Source: Candidatus Bathyarchaeia archaeon (GTDB lineage: Archaea > Thermoproteota > Bathyarchaeia > Bathyarchaeales > Bathycorpusculaceae). Taken from it: a stretch of 64,000 nucleotides of DNA. The notes below the pieces were generated by a model. That model was not told where the DNA came from. It ran no database searches and worked only from the letters and a program-made list of their open reading frames with translations. The DNA lies in NCBI GenBank assembly GCA_050010755.1, contig JBEKKK010000003.1, positions 64,001 to 128,000 on the forward strand, given 5' to 3'. Below, in pieces: positions 1 through 10,367 of the stretch. The position numbers and the translations under genes are program-made. How positions within the stretch are numbered: position 1 is the first letter of the stretch; every line of letters begins with the position of its first letter.

Positions 1-288
1 TTGCTTCTTATCTTTCCCCTCGAAATGGAACAGGATTGAATGAGTTTTCCTCTCCTCTTCTTCCAGAGTGGCCTCTGCACCTGCTTCTTCCATCTTCTTA
101 TCCTGCCACTCTTCGGTCATCTTTGTCAGGTTTGAGACATCGGCTAAAGTCTGATCATAATCTTGTTTCTGCATCACCGAGAGGTAAGCATTGGTGGAGA
201 GAAAATCCATATCAGCCTGTTGAATTTGCGTCGAAACTGATTTTGCAGCTATTTGAGACAAAAATGTTCTTACGTCATTGCATTCCAT
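1..288 (-). CDS. Hypothetical protein, 3'-truncated by window edge (MECNDVRTFLSQIAAKSVSTQIQQADMDFLS...)
   Basis: Translated manually; open from ATG at 288 to the window edge; starts 5 nt after the stop of the upstream gene; absent from ORF track. Confidence 0.7.
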   Translation of the reverse strand, partial: MECNDVRTFLSQIAAKSVSTQIQQADMDFLSTNAYLSVMQKQDYDQTLADVSNLTKMTEEWQDKKMEEAGAEATLEEEERKTHSILFHFEGKDKKQ

Positions 289-293
289 TTCGG

Positions 294-1463
294 TCACCAG
301 TCAATAATCGGGAATTTCTTAATTAAACGTTGCTCTCCCAGATTGTTACCCACGATTAGTTCAAGACTTTGTCCCTCATGTGCAAGGTCAATGACTTCAT
401 CGTCCTTGAGGGCTTCTCTGAGGAGATATTCGAACTGCAATTTCCTGTCCGTTATGATTCCGAACCTTGCGATTCGTTCTCGTTCTATCTGTTCATAAGC
501 GTACATGAATTCGTAGAGTGATCTGTATATCTGATCGTCTATCTTCTCATGGATTTTCTTTTCCCCGACGGTTATCCATTCCAGGCCTTCGAGATCTACG
601 AAGTAAATGGTGCCGTCTGGAGCGAGAACTGCGTCCTTGTCTAGCCAAACATCGTAGAAATCTAGTCCACTGAAGGTTCCATCCTCGTTGCTTTTTATTG
701 ACCTAGTGAACAAAGTCAGGAAGGCGATTCCACTCTTGACGAAATTCTTCAGAAACTCTAACGCTTTGTCATTCTCGTCTATTCCGAAGAGGTCAAAGAT
801 TGAGCGTATGTTTCCGCCGATTGTGCTGCCAGAATGAAAATAAATCCTCACGTTGGAAGGAACCAGTCTTGTTTCCTGAACCATCCTTCCCCCGAATCTC
901 CGATACCAATATACTTTCTTAATTTCATTCTCAAGGTCTTCAGGAAGAAAAGCTATTTTCACGAGGGGCGCGACTCGAAATCCGTGAATGGAGGTAAGAT
1001 CAGCCATTTCTGACACTCTCATCGAAGTAGTTGCGTGCTCTAGCCCCTGCCCGCCATACGGGGAACCTCTTAACCATAATTCCCCCGTAATGTATCGCGG
1101 AGCTTCTCCCTCGGAATTTACGATTCTGTCTTTGAGTTTGGAATCTTTCAACAGGTTGCATATTTCAGCTTTTCCGAGAACCTGATGAGAAAACGGATTG
1201 GTTATTGAACCTATGCCTTTAATCGAAAGATAAAAGTCAGTGCCGTCCATTTCCAAATAAGGCAAAGTGGAAACAGCTCCTCTGTTATCGTCTATAATAA
1301 ACTCTTTCGCACCCAAAGGGCTGAGACCCGTAAAAGGCCTCATACTATCCGGAAGGTAAATCCTTTCAAATTCAGGCATTTTGAATTCTTGAAAATGCTT
1401 GTTTGTCAGTATTTCAGAAGCTTCATAGATGTTCAGACTAAGCGGCAGACCTTTCAACTTCAT
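294..1463 (-). CDS. Divergent SelO/YdiU-like protein-kinase-fold protein
   Basis: Ordered motifs DNRG, LSIKGIG..NPFS, RLVPSNVR, VDLE parallel SelO DGRG, LKGAG.TPYS, RVAPSHLR, LDYG. Confidence 0.55.
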   Translation of the reverse strand: MKLKGLPLSLNIYEASEILTNKHFQEFKMPEFERIYLPDSMRPFTGLSPLGAKEFIIDDNRGAVSTLPYLEMDGTDFYLSIKGIGSITNPFSHQVLGKAEICNLLKDSKLKDRIVNSEGEAPRYITGELWLRGSPYGGQGLEHATTSMRVSEMADLTSIHGFRVAPLVKIAFLPEDLENEIKKVYWYRRFGGRMVQETRLVPSNVRIYFHSGSTIGGNIRSIFDLFGIDENDKALEFLKNFVKSGIAFLTLFTRSIKSNEDGTFSGLDFYDVWLDKDAVLAPDGTIYFVDLEGLEWITVGEKKIHEKIDDQIYRSLYEFMYAYEQIERERIARFGIITDRKLQFEYLLREALKDDEVIDLAHEGQSLELIVGNNLGEQRLIKKFPIIDW

Positions 1464-1784
1464 GAGAATTCGACACTTCGTAAGGATGGTTCAACTCTTA
1501 AATGTTCTCGTTCGTCGTCGCTAAAGGAAGAGATTCCCCCTAGCTAACGCAAAATCTAGCATCAGGCATCACGGCGGACATTTTCTATCGTACCTGCGGG
1601 CGCAGTTAGGCATGAAACGATGGGCCTTGCCCCCCCAAGTTTATAGAGAGTCTTGCCTGACCCTTGAAACTATACCTAGTGCGCGTTCTCTTCTAAAGGT
1701 TGCAACCAGCTCAAACAAGTCTTGCCTTGCGATTCTTGAAAAGAGAAAAAACGGGGAGAGTTCTTTAGCTCCGGTATTCAACCG

Positions 1785-4460
1785 TTACGAGGCGTAGATT
1801 CCTGCCCACTCCGAGGTTGCTACTGCCGTGTTCGACATGCCCGCTGTTATACGTGCGGTTGCGATGCTGCCTGTGAACGTATCGGTGACGACGCAGTATA
1901 CGTAGGAGGATCCAGCAGGTATGCCGCTCCACGTGAAAGTGGATATTGCCGAGTTTGTCGTTGATGGACCTGCCGTCGGTGCACTGTTCTGGCCGTTTGC
2001 CAGTGTGCCATAATACCATTGTATGAGACGGTCTTTGACGTTTCCGTAGCCTGAGGCGCAAGTTGCTGTGAAGGTTATGTTGTCGCCCGCGCTAATTGTA
2101 GATGTGATTGGGTTTATTGTTACTAAAGGTCCGAAAGTTCCGATTGGGCTTGTTACACCGAACTGTCTGACTGCATATGCGAGGGATTTCATGTTGACTG
2201 TTCTGATGTTCACAAGGTCATCCGTGAACACCCAGTTCGATGGAATAGGCTGCGCGTAGCTAGAGCCGAACGCACGGGCTATTGAGGCGATGTCTTTCAT
2301 GTTGACTGTTCCGTCACGGTTAACGTCTGCTGGCAGATACTCACTTTGCGGTTGCGTTGCGACAGCCTGGTTTGCTTCTGGGACGTAGTAGAACTTGTAT
2401 TCGTTGAAGAAGTTGTGGCCTGGATAGATTGGGTTGTAGTACCAGCCCTGAACCCAGTCGTACTCAAAGTGGCGGCCCCAGTATTGAATTAATGTAATGC
2501 TCGGGCAGTCAGCTATGGCTAACTGTTGAATTTGGCTGCAAAGCGCCAGTCTCTGCGGACCGTTTGGAAGAGCGATAACCTGGTCAATAAGCCCATCCAT
2601 CGTCGCGTCAGAGTACAGTTGCCATGATGCGAAAGCGCCTCCAGTGTGGTAGAAAGGCAGCGCAAAGTCGTACGGGTCTGGGAAGTCAACGAGCCAGCCG
2701 ATAACATACGTAGACAGTTCCTGCGATTCTGCTGCTGTCAGGTAGGTGCCCCAGTCGAGGTTTATGATGTTGACGTGGAAGGTCGGACTTATGCTCTGCA
2801 CTGCTGTCTGAATCAGAGTGCCCAACTCTTCCGGCATTGCGTTGCCAACCCAATAGGCCAACGTTATCGTGAAACCCGTGCTCATCAGTCCCGGCCACAT
2901 GTTGAAGTACTGAGTGGCCATGGTCAGGTTGTAGTTGTAGCCAGTGATGCTTGCATTGTATCCGTATAAGCCTGGGATGATGGCTGTTGCTGGTATGAAG
3001 CCCTCACCCAACGCCGTAACTGCGAGCTCCCGCGCGTAGTCGATGCTGTACGCGAAGGCCTTCCTCATGTCGATACCGTATGGGTTACCAAATTGTGCGT
3101 CACCGAAGAAGTTGCTCGGAATTCCAGCAGGGTTAAAGCTTGCGGGACCTCCGCCAACCGGTGCGTCGATTACTCCGTAAGGAGTCGCGCTCGATATGTT
3201 CATTGTGAAGAACAGCGCGTCGACTTCCAGCTCAGCTAGGTTTGCGTAGCAACGGATGCCAGCATCTGGAAGGTTTGTCGATGATGTGGGCAATGGGTAG
3301 TAGCTTCCTGTGTAGCCGGCCGAGTAGATGTCACCGATGCTCTCAAATGACGGAACAGCCGCGAAGTCGCAGTCGCCAGATTTGAAGTATCCCTGTGCTA
3401 CTGACCATGCGTAATTCCATGAGACTTCAATAGTGTTCGCGTAGCCTGCAACCTGCGCACCAGCCTCATTTGGGTAGAAGCACGGAGCTCCGCCCCACCA
3501 GTTGGGGTTTCTCGTTGCCGCCCAGTAGTTGCTATAGTAGTTCGGTGTGCTCGCATTCAGCACGAACGGGCCAGAACCGTACTCCATTGGAGTCGGATAG
3601 TCCAGAGGCGAGTACGCCGGCTCCCAGTAAGGCAGCCAGCCTGTCAGGTTCATATTGCCCAAACCATAAAGGGAATCATAGAATCCCGGCCAGTCTGGTC
3701 GCCCTGCTCCTGTGATGACTTGGTTGTTGACCCACTGCTTGCTCTCGATGGCTGACCATGTCTGGCACAGAATCTGCAGGAACGGTGCGTAAGCGCCTGG
3801 GAACATGATGTTGAACCAAACATCCGTAGCGTTATACTCAACACAGTCTCTGACCAGCGCGCCAACCTCTGCAAGCTGCGTCATGTTCGTGAAATCGGCC
3901 AATCCTCCAGTTGTCGCATTGTTAAGGCCTCCAGCTTGGTCAAGCAAGGGTTCATCCAGCATCCATTGTGGACCGGATAATCTGTCCTGGAACAACGTGC
4001 GTTGGAAGCTGTAAGCAACGTCTGCAGTTGTTAGACTGTAGTTGTATGGAGGCTGGAACTCGACGCCCTGTCGGAGCTTGAAGTCATACTGCCAAAAGTA
4101 CTGGGCGGTAGACAGGTTTTGAGCGGAGTTTTCAAAGTGCAATCTGGATATGGAGTCAGAGGTCACTGTGTGCACCGGACCATCCGACTCGCTCGTAGCG
4201 AGTGCGAATATGTACGGCGTGCTTGAGCTCTCTGTGTTCCACATGAGGAGTGTGTCCATCGTGTTCTGTATGATTTCGCCGCTTGCAGTGTCGTAGATCC
4301 ATGAGTAGTCAACCGACTGTGGGTTTCCACCCTGAATGGTGATGTCGTACAAGTCCATCGGTCTCTTTATAGTCGGCGATGCCATTACGGTTGGCAGCAG
4401 AATCGCCGAAATTCCAAGCAGAACACCTAAAATCAATGCTATCGGCAATAATCTGTTCAT
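1785..4460 (-). CDS. ABC transporter peptide/nickel-type (family 5) substrate-binding protein with C-terminal dockerin-like and Ig-like domains
   Basis: Signal peptide; FKLRQGVEF, DVAYSFQR, GSGPF, GWLVDFPDP SBP5 motifs; ADVNRDGTVNMKDIASIARAFG dockerin-like repeat. Confidence 0.88.
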   Translation of the reverse strand: MNRLLPIALILGVLLGISAILLPTVMASPTIKRPMDLYDITIQGGNPQSVDYSWIYDTASGEIIQNTMDTLLMWNTESSSTPYIFALATSESDGPVHTVTSDSISRLHFENSAQNLSTAQYFWQYDFKLRQGVEFQPPYNYSLTTADVAYSFQRTLFQDRLSGPQWMLDEPLLDQAGGLNNATTGGLADFTNMTQLAEVGALVRDCVEYNATDVWFNIMFPGAYAPFLQILCQTWSAIESKQWVNNQVITGAGRPDWPGFYDSLYGLGNMNLTGWLPYWEPAYSPLDYPTPMEYGSGPFVLNASTPNYYSNYWAATRNPNWWGGAPCFYPNEAGAQVAGYANTIEVSWNYAWSVAQGYFKSGDCDFAAVPSFESIGDIYSAGYTGSYYPLPTSSTNLPDAGIRCYANLAELEVDALFFTMNISSATPYGVIDAPVGGGPASFNPAGIPSNFFGDAQFGNPYGIDMRKAFAYSIDYARELAVTALGEGFIPATAIIPGLYGYNASITGYNYNLTMATQYFNMWPGLMSTGFTITLAYWVGNAMPEELGTLIQTAVQSISPTFHVNIINLDWGTYLTAAESQELSTYVIGWLVDFPDPYDFALPFYHTGGAFASWQLYSDATMDGLIDQVIALPNGPQRLALCSQIQQLAIADCPSITLIQYWGRHFEYDWVQGWYYNPIYPGHNFFNEYKFYYVPEANQAVATQPQSEYLPADVNRDGTVNMKDIASIARAFGSSYAQPIPSNWVFTDDLVNIRTVNMKSLAYAVRQFGVTSPIGTFGPLVTINPITSTISAGDNITFTATCASGYGNVKDRLIQWYYGTLANGQNSAPTAGPSTTNSAISTFTWSGIPAGSSYVYCVVTDTFTGSIATARITAGMSNTAVATSEWAGIYAS

Positions 4461-4773
4461 TATTGTTCATCCCGCTCAAGTTAAGAAGTTTGCCTATCCC
4501 CCAATCAACTCTTAGCGTTCAATCTATTTAAGATTAGGATATTGCCAGGGCATAACGTGCACCAAATGAACCGTCGGATCTTTGGCAATCCGGAATAGTT
4601 GCTTAGCACGCGGAACGTATTATTTTCCCCCTCCGCCCCTGAATCATATGAGACGGTTCCACATTTTTAAGGAAAACAAAACCTGATAAACCTGAAATGA
4701 ATCTGGAATTCGTATTCCACCTTCATAATCCAATTAAATAATCAGCCTGTATCTGACTCACAATGGAGGAAGG

Positions 4774-5025
4774 TTGTTGAGGCAGAATATCTCATCTAGG
4801 CACAGGAAAGAACTTGCCAGCAAGATTGGCAGAGTAATTAAACAGGATACTAAGGTGCTCCCAGAAGACATGCAGAAAATCCTCGCAGACGACTTGGTTA
4901 CAGCTTTCTTCAACAGACTAAAAGTATTAACCCAAGAGAAGACTGACCAAGCTAACCTTGACCTAACAATGCAGCTCTCGAACGAAACAGTCGAAATCAT
5001 TCACGGGCATCCCAGACAAAGCTAA
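4774..5025 (+). CDS. Small hypothetical protein
   Basis: ORF with GGAGGAAGG SD-like sequence just upstream; natural-looking composition. Confidence 0.6.
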   Translation: MLRQNISSRHRKELASKIGRVIKQDTKVLPEDMQKILADDLVTAFFNRLKVLTQEKTDQANLDLTMQLSNETVEIIHGHPRQS

Positions 5026-5438
5026 GTCTTCAAAAGAGAAGACCGATCTGCTTTGCCGGAAGACAACGCAACGCACATGTTGCGATCAAGTGGGCGCCTC
5101 TGAACAAGCGGACGTTTCGAAAAGTATTGGTAGCCGCATTCGCACTTGAACCCAGAAAACTCGTCCGAACGCGGATCTATAATTGGCTTAACCCTGGACA
5201 ACGGCGCTCTGCACTTTGCCTCTTGCTTATGCTTTTTCCAGAGGATGACGAGTTCATCCAGAGTCAAAGGCGCAGATCTCTTAGCGTGGGCTACGAACCA
5301 GAAACTGTACCCACCAAGTGCAGACCAAAGAATACACATAAGCACGTCTAACATCTTGCCTGATGCACCGCCATGGCACCTGAAAACTAACCAAACACAG
5401 ATATTTAACGCGTGTGAAGCAAGAAAATAGATGACCAC
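5022..5438 (-). CDS. Hypothetical membrane-anchored protein with putative Zn-binding residues
   Basis: One TM segment followed by H...C...CxC pattern; true start probably at MLDVL. Confidence 0.55.
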   Translation of the reverse strand: MVIYFLASHALNICVWLVFRCHGGASGKMLDVLMCILWSALGGYSFWFVAHAKRSAPLTLDELVILWKKHKQEAKCRAPLSRVKPIIDPRSDEFSGFKCECGYQYFSKRPLVQRRPLDRNMCVALSSGKADRSSLLKT

Positions 5439-6010
5439 TAACTGAAGCTATAAGCCTTAAACCCAGCGAAGAGGTTGTCGTGAACATAACAGCACGTTAG
5501 GTTGTTTTGTGCAGCCGAAAGCATTTTGACATCACAGATGCGCAGAAAGTGCAAAATCTGATTGCTTAAAGTCACAAGGGGCGTGCCGGGGGACACTGAA
5601 GGGACAATTATTCCCAGAATAGCGCCAACCACCAGACCGAACAGCAAAAACACTAGTATTGCCACGATGGCAATTGCAAGCCCTCCTAACCATCCTGTCC
5701 TGAACGTGTGTTTGTACACCCATACCCAAGCCACGAACGCCAGTATGTACCCCAATGCGTAAGCCGCTCCGCCAATGATTCCCTTGAGAAAGAAACTCAC
5801 GCCAACCACAACTATGAAATAGATTATCGGCCCCAGCAGCGTTGCAGCCATGGCCTCCCCCAACGTGGATCTCCCACCTGTCACAATTTTTCCAGCAAGA
5901 TAAGCAGGAATCGACACGATTATCCACAGTATAACAAGCCCTATTATTATCGCAATCAGGGTGAGCACAGTGAATCCATTCGGGAATATACTTGCCGAAA
6001 GCGACATCAT
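5438..6010 (-). CDS. Hypothetical integral membrane protein
   Basis: About 4 hydrophobic helices. Confidence 0.7.
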   Translation of the reverse strand: MMSLSASIFPNGFTVLTLIAIIIGLVILWIIVSIPAYLAGKIVTGGRSTLGEAMAATLLGPIIYFIVVVGVSFFLKGIIGGAAYALGYILAFVAWVWVYKHTFRTGWLGGLAIAIVAILVFLLFGLVVGAILGIIVPSVSPGTPLVTLSNQILHFLRICDVKMLSAAQNNLTCCYVHDNLFAGFKAYSFS

Positions 6011-6144
6011 TTCACCCTACTATTTGCGTCTTCATTTTATAACCTTTAAGCACAGAACACTCTCGCCATAGAAACACGCGCGCTCATCTGGCATTCCGCC
6101 GAGCGATACGCGCCCTCACTCTTGCTAAGCTCTAGACCATTTTG

Positions 6145-7245
6145 TCATCGCAGATAAGATCCCAAGATTTCAAAGTCAAACTTCTTGGCCTTCAATACTT
6201 TCAGGGCAAACTCAAGAAGCTGCACCCGCACTTTCATCGGCAGCTGAGGATAAGACATTGGCGAAGCCAAGACGAGGCTGCGCCAAGCATAGAAGGGCTG
6301 AATAACACTTAGGACTTCTTCGTCGCCAGTCTTGTCCAGATAGTTCCGCCAGAAAAGCAGGAAAAGCCGTTCGAATGGCCCCGACATATCCCCGGACATC
6401 GCGGACATCTGGAGAGAATGGAAGATGTAGCTCATGGTCATGGCGCTCACGTCGTCCGCAGGCTCACCCAACTCGCCTCCGAGACGGTTCAACACTGTGA
6501 AGTCTAGGGCCTGCCTGAACATCACGTTCCAAGGGTAAAAGTTTCCATGCACCTGAGACAGCCTGTGAGCCTTGTGTTTGAGGTTCCAACGCCACTCTAC
6601 ACACATTTTCTCAAAATTGACGAAGAACTTTTCATCGACGTGCCCTGAACCGACTGTGTAACCGTCCGTCAACCCGAAAATTCCCTCTCCGCGCCCCAGC
6701 ATATCACGGACACGTCTAACGTATAGACCAGGAGAGTCTTTCTTCTTTACCGAATGAACACCGGCCAGGTAGTCGGACAAGGCCACGCAGCGCTCCTCGT
6801 CCAGACTGCAAAATTCGCTAGTCTGTCTTATCCTGTTCAAGTCAGACTGGTACAGTTCACCGTCGACATAGTCGGTCAGGATGAAGAACTCGCAACAATC
6901 ACCCAACGACTTGAGTCTTCCATTGTCACCGGTGAACGAACCGATGTCAACGGAACGCACGTGGCGGGGCAGCGCGTTAAACGTCGAATGTTGCATCAGC
7001 AAGACCGATGCGCGGTCAGCAAAATAGTCATGTCCGAAGTCTGCATGTCGCAAGGTTGCTAGAACCACGCGCCTCGTTTCTCCTCCGACTCGGAACTCGA
7101 CAAAGTACTGCTCGCCGTAACCGAAGCCCTTCAATTCTGCCAAGTCTTTCGCCTGGCGAAGAGGAACGACGCGAGAAACTTCTACGGACCGCTTGCAAAC
7201 GCCTGAAAGATACTCCTGCACTCGCTCAACCCTCAACTCAGACAA
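6145..7245 (-). CDS. Aminoglycoside phosphotransferase (APH)-like kinase-fold protein, catalytic Asp residues substituted
   Basis: QVHGNFYPWNVMF (Brenner motif HGD is HGN here) and downstream VLNR..GEPADDV. Confidence 0.8.
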   Translation of the reverse strand: MSELRVERVQEYLSGVCKRSVEVSRVVPLRQAKDLAELKGFGYGEQYFVEFRVGGETRRVVLATLRHADFGHDYFADRASVLLMQHSTFNALPRHVRSVDIGSFTGDNGRLKSLGDCCEFFILTDYVDGELYQSDLNRIRQTSEFCSLDEERCVALSDYLAGVHSVKKKDSPGLYVRRVRDMLGRGEGIFGLTDGYTVGSGHVDEKFFVNFEKMCVEWRWNLKHKAHRLSQVHGNFYPWNVMFRQALDFTVLNRLGGELGEPADDVSAMTMSYIFHSLQMSAMSGDMSGPFERLFLLFWRNYLDKTGDEEVLSVIQPFYAWRSLVLASPMSYPQLPMKVRVQLLEFALKVLKAKKFDFEILGSYLR

Positions 7246-7412
7246 GAAACCTCACCAGAACAAACAGGGTGTCAAAGAACGGTAAAAACATAACGATACC
7301 GCACCAGCGCACTCTTAGCAGGTCGACTGCTTGTCCAAAACGTTAGTGTCAATTTGGAATTTCGTACGGCGTCACGTGAGTTCTAACCGAAGAGCAAGAT
7401 TGTAAGTGGCGA

Positions 7413-7784
7413 CTATAAAGAAATACGTTGCCTGGTCAACGTTAGCTTCGTTGCCTTCTGCTCGAAATGACGAGTCAAAAAGGCACAAACCGTTGCTATC
7501 AATGCCCCAGGAATGAACATAATGACAATCTTGGTCAACAAACTCGCAACTATGAGCAGGACTCCGATGCCTGCCGTTGCCCATAACAGTTTCAGATGAT
7601 GCTTCGTCCGTGCTATTCGACTGTCAAGGTGGCCTAATACTTTGGCTTCTTCCGTGCGACTGATAGTGTCGAGATACTTGCGTTCACACTCGTATGAGCA
7701 TATGGGAATTCGCAGCGTGCCGTCGTTGAAGAGAGTTTTGCGGGTTGGTTTTTTGCACACTGTGCAGAGGCTTTGCGATTTCAT
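7413..7784 (-). CDS. Zn-finger (CxxC...CSxxC) protein with two TM helices
   Basis: CTVC...ICSYEC and two C-terminal hydrophobic segments; ATG at 7784 avoids overlap with the upstream gene. Confidence 0.65.
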   Translation of the reverse strand: MKSQSLCTVCKKPTRKTLFNDGTLRIPICSYECERKYLDTISRTEEAKVLGHLDSRIARTKHHLKLLWATAGIGVLLIVASLLTKIVIMFIPGALIATVCAFLTRHFEQKATKLTLTRQRISL

Positions 7785-7788
7785 CGCG

Positions 7789-10179
7789 CTAGTGGCCACC
7801 CATTTTGCTGGCTTCAAACATCATGTGGGCGCGAGCGCTCAGATAGTTGAAGTCGGAAGCCGTTTTTCGAGCGTGCGTCATGGCCTCGGAAAAGTCTGCC
7901 ATGGGCTCTTCGTCTTCCGTGAGCGTTTCCGATGTTAAATCGTAGTGCACTCCGTTCGTCAGAGTGGCTATCATCTTGGTCGTAAAGTGACCCGTCGCGG
8001 TAAGAGGCGTCGGCGAGACCGGCTGAGTGTTAATGACGACCGTGTAGATGTTTTCTTTCTTTATCAGTTGACAGACGGAGACGACGTCCTTGATTGCCTG
8101 ATCCTCAAACCTCAGGAAAGCCGAGTCCATCAGACCAAACTCGCGAACATCACCGTTCTGCAGGTCACGCCTGAGAGGAACGTTGGCATCGCCGTCGGTA
8201 ACGATAACCATCGCTGGGATGGTGGAAATGTCCATGCGCTTAGACTCCTTCAACACTGCCAGAGCCCTTGACATTCCGGCAGCCAAGGGTGTGTATCCGC
8301 TCAACCGCAGACTCATGAGCTTGCTGGCGACCATCTTCAAGTTTGTCGTCGGATACTGGATCACGATCGCTCCCATCTCCTTAAACGTCACGATTCCCAC
8401 CTTGTCCCTGTAGCGGTAAGCATCGTTGTGCAGCTTCAGCATGACCTCTCTTATCGTGTCAACGTTCTGGAACATCGATTCGCTCAGATCCAAAGTGAAA
8501 ATTATCGTTAAAGGAGCGCGATAAATCATCTGCTTCTCCTTAACATCCTGAGGAAGTATAGCGAGAGCCACATCATCGGATTTCTCCCTAGACCACTGGG
8601 CCTTGGCCGCGGTCCTGATGGTCGCGGGCAGATGAATGCTTCGCGGCTTGCCCCGAGGAAAATCCCACCCTTGAACTCTGCCCCGCTGAGTAGAAGTCAC
8701 CGCGACAGCTCTTTTGCCCACGTTGCTCGCTGCATGCTTGGAAACTCTTTTCTTTCTGAGCATAAAATTAAGGTTCAAAATCTTGCTGTCCCTGTACCTG
8801 TCGATGAATGGTTTGCCGCCGTCTAATTGAGGTGTGACCCACTCTGGCTTTCCAGCCAACCCCATGTTTCCGCCGCTCTTCACCGAGTCGGATTTGAAGG
8901 ATGACCTCGCAGGATTAGTCATGAGGTTTGCTTGAAGAAATTTACTAGGAGGCGAGGTTCTCAGTCTGTCGCTATTGTTGCCAACGTCTTTCTCCACGTT
9001 AGACGGTTTTTTTCTCAGGCCGAAAGGAAGCAGGGTCTTCCGTTTTTCGTCCTGTGCTTCCTCCGCGTTGGCGCCTTTCTTTTGGTTCGCGTTTCCCTCG
9101 CCAGGCTTCTCCTCTTCCTCTTTGCGCCTTTTTTCGAGGACAGCCTGAAACGCCTCTTTTATCTCTTGGTTCGTGGCCGGTTCTACGAAGCCGCCTTCGC
9201 GCGTGCGATGGCCCAGGGTGAGCTCCGCCGCCTTGAGTAAATCGTCTTGCTCGACGTCCGTTCGACCATCAAAAGCCGTGAGAGTCTTAGCGGTCTTCGT
9301 TATCACTATGTCAGGCCGCATTCCGTCTACCTTGAGCTCCAGACAAAGCTCACAGACGATATCGATGAGCTCGTCGCTTATCCTGACGTCTGCAAGCATC
9401 TTCCTAGCGCGATCTATCCTCTGCTTCATATTTTCCTGATCAGAATCGTATTTCTTGACAAACCGTTCTGGATCAGCCTCAAACTCCAAGTTTCTCTTAA
9501 CAACCTCGATGCGATCTTCCGCCAAGGGGATACGGTTAACTTCAACCGACAGCGCAAGCCTATCCAACAGCTGAGGCCTAATCTGGCCCTCCTCAGGATT
9601 CATCGTTCCAATCAGGATAAAACGGGAAGGATGCTTCACAGATATTCCCTCACGCTCCACGATGTTCCAGCCCGTAGCCGCGGCATCCAGCAAATCATCC
9701 GCTATGTGATCAGGCAACAGGTTGATTTCATCAACGTACAAAATGTTCTGGTTCGCCTCCGCCAAAATCCCGTGTTCAAGAGCCTCGACACCCATCTTTA
9801 TGGCCTTTTCCACGTCAAGGCTTCCTACAACATTGTCCTCCGTCGCACCCAAAGGAAGCTCAACAACCCGCATCCTGCTCTCTTCAACCTCAACCTTCCC
9901 ATCTTGAGCCATCTTGCTCCTGCAAACGTCACACATGTTTGAAACATCATCGGGACTGCAGTTAAACTGACAACCCTTCACCTTTCTAATATTCGAAAGA
10001 ATGTGTGGCAAAGACCGAACAGCCGTCGTCTTGCCCGAACCCTTCGAACCTCGAATGAGCAACCCACCGATTCTCGGGTTGATAACGTTCAGAATCAAGC
10101 CCAGCTTCAAATCATCCATGTCAACTATCGCAGTGAAAGGATAACTCAACCTGTCCTGCATGTCCACCAAACTAAACAT
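7789..10179 (-). CDS. Mg/Co-chelatase ChlI/ChlD-type AAA+ and VWA fusion protein, paralog 1
   Basis: YPFTAIV, Walker [43 protein letters not shown]...T...TDG. Confidence 0.9.
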   Translation of the reverse strand: MFSLVDMQDRLSYPFTAIVDMDDLKLGLILNVINPRIGGLLIRGSKGSGKTTAVRSLPHILSNIRKVKGCQFNCSPDDVSNMCDVCRSKMAQDGKVEVEESRMRVVELPLGATEDNVVGSLDVEKAIKMGVEALEHGILAEANQNILYVDEINLLPDHIADDLLDAAATGWNIVEREGISVKHPSRFILIGTMNPEEGQIRPQLLDRLALSVEVNRIPLAEDRIEVVKRNLEFEADPERFVKKYDSDQENMKQRIDRARKMLADVRISDELIDIVCELCLELKVDGMRPDIVITKTAKTLTAFDGRTDVEQDDLLKAAELTLGHRTREGGFVEPATNQEIKEAFQAVLEKRRKEEEEKPGEGNANQKKGANAEEAQDEKRKTLLPFGLRKKPSNVEKDVGNNSDRLRTSPPSKFLQANLMTNPARSSFKSDSVKSGGNMGLAGKPEWVTPQLDGGKPFIDRYRDSKILNLNFMLRKKRVSKHAASNVGKRAVAVTSTQRGRVQGWDFPRGKPRSIHLPATIRTAAKAQWSREKSDDVALAILPQDVKEKQMIYRAPLTIIFTLDLSESMFQNVDTIREVMLKLHNDAYRYRDKVGIVTFKEMGAIVIQYPTTNLKMVASKLMSLRLSGYTPLAAGMSRALAVLKESKRMDISTIPAMVIVTDGDANVPLRRDLQNGDVREFGLMDSAFLRFEDQAIKDVVSVCQLIKKENIYTVVINTQPVSPTPLTATGHFTTKMIATLTNGVHYDLTSETLTEDEEPMADFSEAMTHARKTASDFNYLSARAHMMFEASKMGGH

Positions 10180-10271
10180 AAAACGATGCGCCTTATGAAC
10201 TTGCCGAAGCCGCCCTCAACAAGGAAGGAACAAACACATTTTCAGAAACGCCTTGACCCCAAACAAAGAGA

Positions 10272-10333
10272 CTTACAATGCAACATTACAAAGCAACGTT
10301 ACATCTGATGTAAAGAAAAAAAAGGGAGGGGCC
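10272..10333 (+). repeat. 62-bp dispersed repeat (TTACA direct repeats, palindrome TTACATCTGATGTAA, A8, GGGAGGGG)
   Basis: 61/62 identical to 62435-62496. Confidence 0.9.
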
Positions 10334-10367
10334 GACGTCTCACAGGTCACAGCTTGTTCTCAAACTT

